A stretch of DNA of 64,000 nt from an uncultured Chloroflexia bacterium (GCA_963765765.1 CAVXYC010000020.1:768001-832000), one strand, 5' to 3'; shown: positions 51,700 to 62,715, counted from the stretch's first letter. Translations and numbers: made by a program. The notes: generated by a model from the sequence alone, not told the origin.

Positions 51700-53192
51700 A
51701 ACGGAATGACGTAGCGCGTCAAGCACGTTAGATTCAGCGCAGCAAGCCCAAAAATTGTCATCCCCGCCAGGTAGGCTTGGACTCGCGAACTGTCGGCTTT
51801 CTGATGATTCTCATTCGCTGATATGCGGACGTACCCATAGCCGAGTGCTGCTGTGAGCAGCGCAAAGACAGCAACGCTCTTCAGCCCTAAATCCCAATCA
51901 TTGATTCCGCCCACGGCCGTGGCCAACGCGAGAGAAGCCCAGAGTATGGCTATTGCAGGCACTATCCGGCGTTGAGGCCATGCGAGCTTGAGCCAACCCA
52001 CCGAGAGAATGACCGCGATAGCTCCGAGAGCTGGAAACAAGTAGCGCCCCTGCGCCTGAATGAACGACAGGTTGTAGTACAGAAGCTGACCCGCAGCAAG
52101 CACCAGGGACACCCACAGAATCATCATTGCCTTAGCTTGACTCGCGCTCCGACCCGTCCAGAGTCCGTACAGTGCCAGCAGAACGAACCCACCGTAAAGC
52201 CCGTAGATCAGATTGTCCACGACGATAGCCATCCAACCGAACTGGGCGAAAAAACTGTGAAACACGGTGACCGTGAGATAGATCCAATTGTCGAGTCCCA
52301 AGTCTGCGTAGCGCGGCTGACCGATGACCACCGCATCGTGTCGGCGCTGTGCGAGTACATCCTCCCAACCGTAGATGCTTGCCGAGCGGACGAACCACCA
52401 GCCAGAAACCATGACGGTCACGAGTGCACTCAACATCAGGCGGCTGGCGTGCCTCGATCGAATAACGGAGTGCTTCTGTCTCACAGTGACTAGCAGAACG
52501 ATCCCGACAGCCATCAGCACGACGACATACACGGTCAACTTGGTGAGAAGCAGAAGCCCCAAAAGTATGCCCAACTGTAGGGCGAGAGCGACTGGCGGAG
52601 CCGAGAGACCTTCCGTGCCCGATTGGTGCCACCAGCGCGTCCAGCGAACCAGTATAAGGGTGGTGGCAGCGGCGAGGAACATTGACAGCAGGTCATTGTT
52701 TATCGATGCGGCGCTCGCCGTGACCATAGGGATCAACAGCGCGATAGCCGTTGCCAGTATGCCCGTATTCGCACCGCCTCCTGTGGACTCTCGAGCGAGT
52801 CGATAGACGACCAGGCCGAACAGGATTCCCAGACCAATGGAAACGGCACGGAGTACGAGCACCCGGACGCGGAGTGATGCGCCAGATGTCGCCGAATACA
52901 CTGGCGCCGCGAGCAAGTAGTAGAGCGGCGGTTGATGAGACTCATATCGCAGCGCACTTACATCCAAGCGCGGGTGGAATCGCTCTGGGATCGCCCGATT
53001 CAGCAGGTCTTGATCCCAGTCGCGTGATACAAGCTCGGGAAGGGCGTGACGCTCCGCGACGAAAGCTACGTAGTTGTAATGTGCAGGCTCATCCGGGTTA
53101 TTCCACGGAGGAGTGAACCAGGCGTAGCCTAGGGCTAGTCCGGTGTAGACCAGCAGGACGAGCGCAAGCCCGACCCGTTCCGGTCGGCTCAC
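51687..53192 (-). CDS. GT-C membrane glycosyltransferase (DUF2142/GT39-like)
   Basis: PDEPAH, YESHQPPLYY, NND, TK, QGRYLFP; many TM helices; probable GTG start at 53192. Confidence 0.8.
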   Translation of the reverse strand: MSRPERVGLALVLLVYTGLALGYAWFTPPWNNPDEPAHYNYVAFVAERHALPELVSRDWDQDLLNRAIPERFHPRLDVSALRYESHQPPLYYLLAAPVYSATSGASLRVRVLVLRAVSIGLGILFGLVVYRLARESTGGGANTGILATAIALLIPMVTASAASINNDLLSMFLAAATTLILVRWTRWWHQSGTEGLSAPPVALALQLGILLGLLLLTKLTVYVVVLMAVGIVLLVTVRQKHSVIRSRHASRLMLSALVTVMVSGWWFVRSASIYGWEDVLAQRRHDAVVIGQPRYADLGLDNWIYLTVTVFHSFFAQFGWMAIVVDNLIYGLYGGFVLLALYGLWTGRSASQAKAMMILWVSLVLAAGQLLYYNLSFIQAQGRYLFPALGAIAVILSVGWLKLAWPQRRIVPAIAILWASLALATAVGGINDWDLGLKSVAVFALLTAALGYGYVRISANENHQKADSSRVQAYLAGMTIFGLAALNLTCLTRYVIPFYRG

Positions 53193-54818
53193 TCTTCGGT
53201 CAGGAACCTCGAGCTTCACGAACAACGGCGTCGGCTTTGGCAGAGCTTGTCCGGCGGGGAGGTTGCGACGCATCCAACCTTGATCCGCTGGAGAATCGCT
53301 CCAACCAAGCAGGCCATGAAGCTTTTCGGAGCTGAACGGTACGAAGGGGCTGAACAGGATCTTGATTCCGTCCAGGGCATTCAACAATGTCGCAATCGTC
53401 GCCGCCGCCGCCTTTGGATCCTGCTTCACTTGGACCCACGGCGCCCGCTCGTCGAAGTATCGGTTTCCGGCCTGCGCCACTGACATCGCATCTCTGAGCG
53501 CATCCTTCAGATGTACGGCATCCAGGTGGTCGGCTATACGGTTAAACGAGCTATCGACCAGCGCAAGGAGCTCTGCTTCAGGGTCAGCGTCCGGAACACG
53601 TCCATCAAAGTAGCGCTGCGTAAATGTCAGCGTCCGATGCACCAGGTTTCCCCAAGTAGCCACCAGCTCATCGTTGATACGACGCACGAAGTCATCAACG
53701 GCGAAATTGGTATCCGCGGATTCAGGGCCGTTCGCTATCAGGTAATAGCGGATGGCATCCGGCTGGAATGCCGCCAGCATGTCGGGCACTGTGGTCCCGA
53801 TTCCTGCGCTTTTAGAGGCCTTCTGGCCGCCGAAGTTCATGTACTCATTGGCAGGCACGTCGTATGGGAGGATCGTGTCTCCACGAGCCATCAGAATGGC
53901 CGGCCAGATCACCGTGTGAAACGGAATGTTGTCTTTGCCGATGAAGTTGTATTGGCGCGCTTTGGGGTTCTTCCACCAGCGCTCCCACGCGTCTGGCTCC
54001 CCCTTAAGCGCCGCCCATTCGATAGATGCAGATAGGTATCCAGTGCACGCCTCGAACCATACGTAGATGCGTTTGTCCTCATAGCCCTCGAGCGGAATTG
54101 GAACGCCCCACTCGAGATCCCGCGTAATAGCGCGAGGCTGCAGTCCGCCTTCAAGGAAGTTCATGGTGAACTTGTAAACGTTTGGTCGCCAGTAGGTTTT
54201 CGGGCGCACCCAATCGATGAGCTGCGGGTTCAGCTTCGGCAGATCCATGAAGAAATGCTCAGTGGAACGTACCACTGGGGTTGACCCGCTGAAGCGACTG
54301 CGAGGATCGAGAAGCTGGTCCGCATCAAGCAACCGGCCACAGTTCTCGCATTGGTCGCCACGGGCGCGCTCGTATCCGCAATGTGGACAGGTGCCTTCGA
54401 CATAGCGATCGGGCAGATATCGCCCGACTTGTTCGTCATACAGCGCATCCACTGATTCGCTGAAAAGGTAGCCCTTCTGCAACAGATCCAGAAACTCGGC
54501 TTGCACCACCTCGCGATGATTCTCCGTCATCGTGTGGGTGTAGAGGTCGAAGCTGATGCCCAGATCACGCCAGTATCCGAGGAACTCATCGTGATATCGC
54601 TCGACGACTTCTCGGGGAGTAACCCCCTCCTGGTCTGCCCGAACCGTGATTGGAGTCCCGTGAGCATCCGATCCAGACACCATGAGCACATCGTTTCCGC
54701 GTAGCCGCTGGAAACGCGCGAACACGTCACCAGGCACGTACACGCCCGCCAGATGCCCCACGTGAAGGGAGCCATTGGCGTACGGCCAGGCAGTGCAAAC
54801 GAGGATGGTGTCAGGCAT
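53189..54818 (-). CDS. metG: Methionyl-tRNA synthetase (short form; appears fused to the GT-C gene in this assembly)
   Basis: PYANGSLHVGH, CPHC...CENC, YVWFEA, IGKDNIPFH, KASKS. Confidence 0.93.
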
Positions 54819-54853
54819 AGAGATTCGACTTCCGGGGCGACAGTGGATGCGGG

Positions 54854-54862
54854 ATTATATCA
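54854..54862 (-). promoter_or_regulatory. Extended -10 promoter for metG (TGATATAAT)
   Basis: Perfect TGnTATAAT 36 nt upstream of the ATG. Confidence 0.7.
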
Positions 54863-54887
54863 GGGGTGCCTCAGAGGAACGGGAAAC

Positions 54888-55613
54888 TTAGCGGTTGTAG
54901 ACCCCTCGCACGTCGTTCCAGCGTACACGGAGAATGTCGGCCAACATCCGAAGCGTATCGCGAACGGGATCAACGCGACTCGATTCGCGATGATTCCAGG
55001 TAATGGGAACCTCCGCGATTCGATAGCCCAGCTTGCGCGCGATGAACAGAATCTCTACGTCGAAGCCGAAGCCGTCCACCGTCTGCCGAGTGAAGATGTC
55101 CCGGGCACTCGCCGCCGTGAAGCATTTGAGCCCGCACTGCGTGTCCTGAATACCGGGAATCGCGAGGGCTTGAACCACGACGTTGAATACACGCCCCATC
55201 AGATGTCGATAGTAAGGCTCTCCTATTCGGCGAGCGGCGGTACCTTCTCGCGATGCGATCACGATGTCATGCTCACCTAACATTACCGGTAAGCGCGTGA
55301 GCTCTTCGGCCGCCATCGGCAGGTCCGCATCGCAGAAAAGAATTCGTTCGCCCCACGCCGCGAGAGCACCGCTCCGAACCGCGGCGCCCTTGCCGGCGTG
55401 GGGCGTCATGAGGAGCCGCACACATGGGTCGCTTTGGGCCTGGCTGGCAGCCACTTCACCCGTCTCGTCGGTGCTACCATCGTCCACCACGATGATTTCG
55501 TACGTGATGTCTGTCCCTGCCAGGTGCTTGCTTATCTGCTGTAATGTGGACGGGAGTCGTCCCTCTTCGTTATAGGCGGGAATCACTACGGACAGATTGA
55601 TGCGTTCAGCCAC
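54888..55613 (-). CDS. GT2 polyprenyl-phosphate glycosyltransferase (ALG5/DPM-like)
   Basis: VIPAYNE, VDDGSTD, GKG.AVR.G, DAD, DTQCG.K, FGFDVE. Confidence 0.9.
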   Translation of the reverse strand: MAERINLSVVIPAYNEEGRLPSTLQQISKHLAGTDITYEIIVVDDGSTDETGEVAASQAQSDPCVRLLMTPHAGKGAAVRSGALAAWGERILFCDADLPMAAEELTRLPVMLGEHDIVIASREGTAARRIGEPYYRHLMGRVFNVVVQALAIPGIQDTQCGLKCFTAASARDIFTRQTVDGFGFDVEILFIARKLGYRIAEVPITWNHRESSRVDPVRDTLRMLADILRVRWNDVRGVYNR

Positions 55614-55637
55614 GACTAGCTACAAGCTCGGACATTC

Positions 55638-57302
55638 ATGATGGAAGCGCGGCCAAGTATACCCGTGAGTTCGTCAGATCTTCCCACACGGCAACGCATT
55701 CGTACGCTCGTGGCACTGCTCATGGCAGTCCTTGTCGTGTTGGCGAGCGTTCCGAGAAGAGCCGCCGCTCAGGAAGAGTCGCGACCCAGTTACCAGATCA
55801 GCGCCACGATCAACACTGCTAAAGCTTTGGTAGACGTGCAGGAGTCAGTGACATTCACGAACTGGACCGGCGTTGCCCTTGGATCCATCGTATTTCGTCT
55901 ACCGCCGGCGGAGCTCGGCGGAGTGACATTGACGTCCATCACGGCATCCAATCAGTCGGGTGAGGCGTCGTTGGCAAACGGCGTACTCGAGATACCGGTT
56001 CAGCCCGCCATCCAGCCGGGACAGAGTGGCAGGGCCGACCTCAACTTCTCGGTTAACGTTCCACGTCAAGCCGGCCGACTTGGCATCACCGCGGAGGCTA
56101 TCGCCCTGGGCAACTGGTTCGCGACATTGAGCGTTCATCGTGGCGATTGGGACCGCCGCCCGTACACGGACGTTGGTGACGCATTTTTCACGGAGGTGGC
56201 GGACTTCCAGCTCGACATTGACACGCTACAACCACTGGAGCTGGCCTTCACGGGCATCCTGCAGCAGCATGACGGCACCCGCTGGACGATCATCGCGCAG
56301 AACGTCCGCGACGTGGCGGTGGTCGGCTCCACTCGCTTTTCCGTGGCGCAGGCGCGCGCCGGCGCAACTATAGTCACGGCTTACTCACTCGGCACCTCAG
56401 CACAGTGGCTCGCTGACACAGCCGCTGAAATGCTCCAGTGGTATTCGGCGCGGTTTGGCGTCTATCCGTACGCGGAATTCCGAGTTGCGGAGGCCGGCCT
56501 TCCCGCGTCATACGGGGGTATGGAATACCCTGGTCTCATCATGCTTTCGAGCCAATACGGGCCGCTCCAACGCGGGACGGCATTCGACGTCGTGGTTGCA
56601 CATGAGGTCGCTCACCAGTGGTTCTATTCAATGGTCGGCAGCGATCAAATAGCCGACCCGTGGCTGGACGAAGGGCTCGCGACCTATGCACCGGCGCTCT
56701 TCTACCAGGACGTTGCCCCCGGAGTCGGAAGAACGCAAGTTCAGCAGATCGGCTCGGCTCGCGGAGGTGTCCCCCTGGATTCATCCCTTTACGCATTTGA
56801 CAACGACAGCTCGTATTTCTCCGCGATCTATCGTCCAGGCGGACGCCTGCTGCATGAGCTTCGGACCGCCATGGGCGCAGAGACGTTCGACGTCGCCTTG
56901 CGCGACTTCGTGTCCATACATCTGCATCGAGTCGCTACCCCGCGAGCCTTCCTCGATCTGCTCCAGCGAAGGACAACCGCGAATCTGAATCCTATTATTT
57001 CGCGCTACGTCAACTACGGCGCCTTCAACTACCCGACCCCGCAGCAATGGAGCGTCACGTTGCCGTCCCCGACCCTTTCGGCTTATGCAGACCTGGCCCT
57101 TGATGCGACGTTCCCGGTAGCTGGAGTTGAGGTGTGGCTCGATAGCCAGCAGATTGCGTCTCAGAGCTTCAGCGGCGGAAGTAGCGGTACGATCGCCCTT
57201 GATCTACGTGGCTCACCGACTGGGGAGCACGTCCTCCAAACCAGGATCTGGAACGATGAGGGTGCGCAGTTCGAAAACGATATTCGCATAACGGTGCAAT
57301 AG
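55638..57302 (+). CDS. Secreted M1-family zinc aminopeptidase
   Basis: Signal peptide; GGMEYP, HEVAHQW...WLDEG. Confidence 0.9.
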   Translation: MMEARPSIPVSSSDLPTRQRIRTLVALLMAVLVVLASVPRRAAAQEESRPSYQISATINTAKALVDVQESVTFTNWTGVALGSIVFRLPPAELGGVTLTSITASNQSGEASLANGVLEIPVQPAIQPGQSGRADLNFSVNVPRQAGRLGITAEAIALGNWFATLSVHRGDWDRRPYTDVGDAFFTEVADFQLDIDTLQPLELAFTGILQQHDGTRWTIIAQNVRDVAVVGSTRFSVAQARAGATIVTAYSLGTSAQWLADTAAEMLQWYSARFGVYPYAEFRVAEAGLPASYGGMEYPGLIMLSSQYGPLQRGTAFDVVVAHEVAHQWFYSMVGSDQIADPWLDEGLATYAPALFYQDVAPGVGRTQVQQIGSARGGVPLDSSLYAFDNDSSYFSAIYRPGGRLLHELRTAMGAETFDVALRDFVSIHLHRVATPRAFLDLLQRRTTANLNPIISRYVNYGAFNYPTPQQWSVTLPSPTLSAYADLALDATFPVAGVEVWLDSQQIASQSFSGGSSGTIALDLRGSPTGEHVLQTRIWNDEGAQFENDIRITVQ

Positions 57303-57318
57303 ATTCTGGACCTTCTCG

Positions 57319-58731
57319 CTAGCTCTTTGCTTCGTGCAGGTACTCTGCGTAGAGATCCCCGAGAAGAAAAAACGATCCTGCAGCGCATACGACATCCATG
57401 GACTTTGCCTGTGATAGTGCATAATTCAGCGCACTAACAGGATCCGCGTATGCGGCCACCTGAATCACGTTCGAGCTCGCGCCGAGCCTCTCCCTGGCAA
57501 GCTGTGCAAGCGACTCAGCCGGCATCGATCGCTCGTGGCTCGCCGTTGTCGCCACGAGTGTAGTGGTCGAACTACGGATTGCGTCCAGGAACCCTCCCAC
57601 GTCCTTGCCTCTTGACATGCCGAGTACCCAGTGAATCGGCACGTCGCCATAGGTCTGACGGATCGTCGACTTGAGCTGTCGGGCAGATTCGGCGTTGTGC
57701 GCGCCATCAAATATCAAGGCAGGGTGCTCGGAAAGCACGTGAACGCGTCCGGGCCAGAGGAGCATGCTCAGTCCTTGATGGACCGCTCTGTCCAGACGGT
57801 CTGGTTCTATGAGCTGCGTCCGTATCGCCGCGGCGACAGCGGACGCGGCATTCTCGCGCTGGAATGTTCCCAGAAGCGGGAGCCGCAGCCGTTCAAACGA
57901 CCGGCCCGGACCGTGGATCGCGAATTGCGCGTGACGGCTCGATCGCGGCGAAGATGCCCGGGTTTGTTTCCAATTCCAATCGCGCCCGATCCACTCGACG
58001 CTGGCTCCGACGGCGGTTGACTGATCGCGAATGACGGCCTCGGCATCGGGGGGCTGACTGCCCACGATCACGGGCATCCCTGGACGCATAACCCCGGCTT
58101 TCTCGTGAGCAATGTCTACGATTTCCGGTCCAATGACGTCCACATGATCCAGGCTGATTGGAGTGATGACGCTGACGATGGGGTCAAGTGCGTTGGTCGC
58201 GTCGTTCCTTCCTCCAACCCCAACCTCCACAACGGCAGCATCAACCGACGCTTTTGCGAACGACAGGAGCGAAAACGCCGTTCCGATCTCGAACGTTGTC
58301 AGTGTGCCAAGCTCAGGATGATGCGATTCAACTCGGCTTGCCGCGGAACGGACGAATGGAAACAGGCGAATTGTCTCGTTGACGCTAAGGTGACGCCCGT
58401 TCACCCACGTGCGCTCACGCCAGCTCACAAGGTGCGGCTGGGTGTAACGACCGACGCGCAATCCGGCCGCCTGCAAAATGCTGGCGGTCATGGCAGTTGT
58501 CGACCCTTTGCCCTTTGTGCCAGCGACCAAGACGCACTGAAACGACAGCTCCGGATGACCGAGCTCCGCGAGCAGTGCCTTGAGCCTGGCGGGTTTTTTC
58601 AATCGATCTGCGCGGACCTCCGCCGCTCCGCGCTGAAGCGAGGAAAATCCGAAGATCTCGGAAAGCGTCTCCGCATACCGGCGACTGATGATCATGCGAT
58701 CTGGTTTTGGAAGGCCGAGGCGTGACCACAT
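57319..58731 (-). CDS. folC: Folylpolyglutamate/dihydrofolate synthase (start uncertain)
   Basis: AGTKGKGST, EVGVGGRNDATN, DH, EKAG, WPGR, DGAHN. Confidence 0.92.
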   Translation of the reverse strand: MWSRLGLPKPDRMIISRRYAETLSEIFGFSSLQRGAAEVRADRLKKPARLKALLAELGHPELSFQCVLVAGTKGKGSTTAMTASILQAAGLRVGRYTQPHLVSWRERTWVNGRHLSVNETIRLFPFVRSAASRVESHHPELGTLTTFEIGTAFSLLSFAKASVDAAVVEVGVGGRNDATNALDPIVSVITPISLDHVDVIGPEIVDIAHEKAGVMRPGMPVIVGSQPPDAEAVIRDQSTAVGASVEWIGRDWNWKQTRASSPRSSRHAQFAIHGPGRSFERLRLPLLGTFQRENAASAVAAAIRTQLIEPDRLDRAVHQGLSMLLWPGRVHVLSEHPALIFDGAHNAESARQLKSTIRQTYGDVPIHWVLGMSRGKDVGGFLDAIRSSTTTLVATTASHERSMPAESLAQLARERLGASSNVIQVAAYADPVSALNYALSQAKSMDVVCAAGSFFLLGDLYAEYLHEAKS

Positions 58732-58847
58732 GGCAGCGAATCATAACCCGGCGTCCAAGGCCGCCTACCATCGTGACACTTGCGCGGACGAAGATGTGCA
58801 CCGCGCCAGGGTCTCACCAGTGGCCATCTCACCTCAAGGAGGGCATA

Positions 58848-60171
58848 ATGGAATTAGTGCAACTCACGAGGGGAGATATGGGAACCACGGCGGCGTCGAG
58901 AGAGCCGGCAGCGCCAACTGTGGCGCCGTTCCGCCGTCAAATCCCGGATCAGTTTGGCTGAGCGCGACAGACGATACGTCATCATCGGAAACGGCGTCGC
59001 AGGCACTACTGCCGCGGAAACGCTTCGGAAAACTGACCCAAACTGCATCGTCACACTGTTCGGTGACGAGCCATATCCTCTCTATAACCGGGTTGCATTG
59101 CCGCCGTTCATCAAGCGGCGAGTCAACCAGCAAAAAGTGATGCTTCGGACCGTTGAAGCTCACAAAGAGCGCGGGATCGATCTCAGGCTCAATACGCGTG
59201 TCACCTCAGTCGACACGGTCGGGTGCGTTGTGAGCACGGACCAGGGAGACACCGTTCCCTACGACGCGCTACTCATTGCTACCGGGGGCCGACCAAACAA
59301 GCTCAACGTGCCCGGCGCTGACCGCAACGGTATCTACAACTTCCAATACCTTAACGATGCTCTGGCGATCCTGGATCGAGCCGAGAAGTCAAAGGTGGCA
59401 GTGGCGGTGGGCGGAAGCTATATCGCCTACGAGCTTGCCGAAGCTTTCCGCCATGACGGACTCGAGACAGTCTGGCTCATCCGCGGTGACCGGTTTCTGC
59501 GACGAGTCCTGGACGAGGACGGAGGAGCGCTTGTCGACGATATCGCCCACGAGGCGGGCGTGGAGACTGTCTACAACGATGCAGTTGCATCCGTGGAAGG
59601 TGACGATCACGAGATCACGGGTGTAATTACGCAACAGGGCCGCAGCATAAAAACTGACATGTTGGGCATCGGTGTCGGCCTGACCATGAACGTAGACTTT
59701 CTGGAAGGCTCTGGGATCGAAACGAAAACGGGAGTGCTTACCAACGAATACCTCGAAACCAACGCCCCCAACGTGTATGCAGCGGGCGATATCGCTGAAT
59801 TCATGGACCTCGTTATCGGCCGTCACAACATGATGGGTACGTGGGGCAACGCTGCAGGTCATGGTCGCATCGTGGCGATGACCATGATGGGCCAACGCAC
59901 GAAGTACTACGACGTTCCGATGTACTCCAGCACGCTTTTTGACTCCTTTATTCGCGTCATCGGCCTGACGCCCGAAAACTACCCTGATTTAGAGTCCTAC
60001 GAGCGCCTGGACGTGCACGCAAAGAGCTATCAGCGACTCTTCTTCCTCGAGAATCGAGTCGTTGGCGCATGCCTCATCGGTGACTCGAGATTTCGAACCA
60101 GGATCTTTACCCTCATCAAGAGCCGTGAAGACATTCCCGTTGAGGAGCGAGCGCGAATTCTGGAGGAATAG
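58848..60171 (+). CDS. NAD(P)/FAD-dependent oxidoreductase (NirB-N/rubredoxin-reductase-like); probable indel ~58953
   Basis: IIGNGVAG, ATGG, VGGSYIAYE, TN.PNVYAAGD; strong AAGGAGG RBS precedes the ATG at 58848. Confidence 0.85.
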
Positions 60172-60399
60172 GCTCCTCACACTCGACTGCCGTACTCCAG
60201 AAGGCCGCGGCATCCCAATGTGACAGCACTGTTACCCATCGCGATGACGGGCTCGCGTTGTCGAACCCATAGAATTTGACGCGGACGCGATTGACGCCGA
60301 ACAAGCCGTCCTGCGCGCGACCGACTGCGAAACGCCCTTGAGTGTTGTTCGTTCTGGCTACTGACCCCATTTTGCGATTACTTGTTGGAGGCATTTGAC

Positions 60400-61521
60400 T
60401 TGAAACGATCGGCACTTTTCCTTGCTGCCGCTGCCGCGTTACTCACGGCCACGTTTGCTAGACCGAACATGACTTCGGCCCAGTACGTGGCTGCAAGTCC
60501 TGAGTACGGCGTCAGCGCGTTCTTGATGGGCAAGCCCGACACCACAGACCGAGACCTAGGGCTCGCGAGTGGTGCGGGATTCGGCTGGCTCAAGCTCACC
60601 GTTCCGTGGCGATCCATTGAGCCAAGTTGTAAGGGCTGCTACGCCTGGGAAGATCTGGACCGAGTGGTTGCCGCGACTACCGCTTCTGGCATGAAGATCA
60701 TGGCCCGCGTCGATCACCCGCCAGAGTGGGCCCGCACTATTCCGGCCGAGAACGGACCGCCCGACAATATCTCGGACTACACCGATATCGTCACCCGGCT
60801 GGTAGCCCGCTACGGTACCGGCTCCCCGATCGGACGAGTCCAGGCAGTTGAGATCTGGAACGAGCCCAATCTCGACCGAGAATGGGGCGGCCAGGTGATC
60901 TCTCGCGACACCGCGAGCCAGTACATGGCGCTGCTGAAGGACGCGTATATGGGCGCCAAAGAAGCAGATCCAAACATTACCGTGGTCAGCGCCCCCCTCT
61001 CGCCTACGGGTACGAATAACGGCCAGGCGCAGCCCGACGACGTGTACCTCGACTGGCTCTTCCAGGAAGGCCTGTCTGGCTACTATGACGTCCTCGGCGT
61101 CCATGGAGCAGGCTATGGCAACCCGCCAGAGGCCGCCCCGGTTCCCAATGACACTTACCCGCACCCATCATTCTTCTTCCGCCGCGTGGAGCAGCTTCGT
61201 GCGATTCAGGAAGCTTACGGCGATGGCGCGAAGCAGGTCTGGCTCCTCGAGTTCGGCTGGACCACGGACCAGGTGAATCCCGCATATTCGTGGTACGCGG
61301 TAACGCCTGAACAGCAGGCCGACTACATCGTTCGCGCCTACCAGTTTGCCCAATCATCATGGGCCCCATGGATTGGCGTCATGTTCCTCTGGACCATGGC
61401 CGATTCCGCATGGACCCCTGAGAACGAGCAGTACTGGTGGAGTGTCACGGAGCCGGATGGAACTCCGCGTCTGGCGCTGACAGCATTCCAGACTGCCCGC
61501 CAGAATGGAACGCTTCCCTAA
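60400..61521 (+). CDS. Secreted clan GH-A glycoside hydrolase (GH5/GH39-like)
   Basis: Signal peptide; acid/base WNEPN; nucleophile LLEFGW. Confidence 0.85.
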   Translation: MKRSALFLAAAAALLTATFARPNMTSAQYVAASPEYGVSAFLMGKPDTTDRDLGLASGAGFGWLKLTVPWRSIEPSCKGCYAWEDLDRVVAATTASGMKIMARVDHPPEWARTIPAENGPPDNISDYTDIVTRLVARYGTGSPIGRVQAVEIWNEPNLDREWGGQVISRDTASQYMALLKDAYMGAKEADPNITVVSAPLSPTGTNNGQAQPDDVYLDWLFQEGLSGYYDVLGVHGAGYGNPPEAAPVPNDTYPHPSFFFRRVEQLRAIQEAYGDGAKQVWLLEFGWTTDQVNPAYSWYAVTPEQQADYIVRAYQFAQSSWAPWIGVMFLWTMADSAWTPENEQYWWSVTEPDGTPRLALTAFQTARQNGTLP

Positions 61522-61539
61522 GGGACGCGTTCGCACACC

Positions 61540-61579
61540 AACAAGAAGGGCCCGCGCAATTGCGCGGGCCCTTCTTGTT
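61540..61579. terminator. Perfect 40-bp palindrome, bidirectional terminator
   Basis: AACAAGAAGGGCCCGCGCAATTGCGCGGGCCCTTCTTGTT. Confidence 0.8.
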
Positions 61580-61708
61580 ATCTATGGCTCGTGTACCAGG
61601 GCCGGTGATCAGCGCGGTTGGGCAGGCCAGGAGAAGCATTGCCTACCCAACCGCGGGGAGAGACTCCGCCAGCCAACGGCTGGCAACTCTCGAAATCATT
61701 ATTGCGCA

Positions 61709-61748
61709 CAAAAGAGGGCGTTCGCTAGAGCAGCGGACGCCTCTTTTG
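61709..61748. terminator. Rho-independent terminator downstream of coxM
   Basis: CAAAAGAGGGCGTTCGCT...AGCGGACGCCTCTTTTG. Confidence 0.7.
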
Positions 61749-61837
61749 CAATTCGTGGTGAATCCGAAGTGGGTGCCCTCTATCGGTCCTGATTAACTCT
61801 GCTGGGCGGAGCGCATCAAGCTCAATCGCAAACTGCT

Positions 61838-62704
61838 CTAGGCGCGTGCTCTTGCGATCGCCTGGTTCAATGCCCGCTTTGCAAACACCCGAGCCAGGTG
61901 AGATCGGTACTCTGTTGAGGCGTGAATATCGCCCAGCGCATCGATTCCATCGGCGGCATGCTGGGCCGCCTGCTCCACGCTGCTCTCATTGGCCGCCTGA
62001 CCACGCAGAGCATCTTCAACCCCAGTTGCTCGGTACGCCTTGGGGCCAACGCCTGTCACAGCCACGCGTACGTCCTGAACATTTCCGCCACTGAGCTGGA
62101 CAATCGCGGCAACACCGCACAGCGCATAGTGCGAGGCAGGGTGGTCCATTTTGAGATACGCAGTCCCAGCGCCACTCGGGAGTGCTGGAATCCGAATCTC
62201 GGTCAAGATCTCAGACTCTCCGAGGGCGCTCGTGAGCATATCCACGAAAAAGTCATTCGCCGCGATAGTACGCTCGCCATTGGGACCCACGGCCTTGACC
62301 TGCGCCTCGAGCGCAAGGATGACCGCCGGTAGATCACCCGCTGGGTCGGCGTGAGCCAGACTACCGCCAATGGTGCCACGGTTTCGTACCTGCTGATCGC
62401 CAATCACGTTGGCGGCTTCTGCCAGGAGCGGCGCTGCTTCTTTCACTGCGTCTGAGGTAGCAATCGTAGCGTGTGTCGTCAAACTACCAATAACCAGCTC
62501 GCCGCCCTGATTCTGGATACCGGTCATGCCCGGCAGCCGCCCGATATCGATCAGCGCCGCCGGCTCCGCGAGACGGAGCTTCAGGAGAGGCAATAGGCTG
62601 TGCCCACCTGCTAGCACCTTGGCGTCGCCGCCAGACTGCTCAAGGAGCGCCACCGCCTCCTGCACGCTGGTCGGTCGATGGTATTCGAATGCCGCTGGAA
62701 ACAT
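61838..62704 (-). CDS. coxM: CoxM/CutM-like FAD-binding subunit
   Basis: LAGGHSLLP, VRNRGTIGGS.AHADP, DIHAS.EYR. Confidence 0.92.
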   Translation of the reverse strand: MFPAAFEYHRPTSVQEAVALLEQSGGDAKVLAGGHSLLPLLKLRLAEPAALIDIGRLPGMTGIQNQGGELVIGSLTTHATIATSDAVKEAAPLLAEAANVIGDQQVRNRGTIGGSLAHADPAGDLPAVILALEAQVKAVGPNGERTIAANDFFVDMLTSALGESEILTEIRIPALPSGAGTAYLKMDHPASHYALCGVAAIVQLSGGNVQDVRVAVTGVGPKAYRATGVEDALRGQAANESSVEQAAQHAADGIDALGDIHASTEYRSHLARVFAKRALNQAIARARA

Positions 62705-62715
62705 TGACTGAACTC

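Noticed and set aside
2542-58961. Widespread frameshifts as programmed frameshifting or mass pseudogenisation
   Set aside because: They hit conserved genes (e.g. recQ GAG GGC CCA for GAG GCC CAC; xdh; coxG), mostly at homopolymers and without slippery heptamers, which is typical of long-read indel error.
58848-58961. 37-aa ORF with a strong RBS as a leader or RiPP precursor peptide
   Set aside because: Removing one T from CAG TTT GGC joins it in frame to the oxidoreductase (DQLAERDRRY); no RiPP maturases are nearby.
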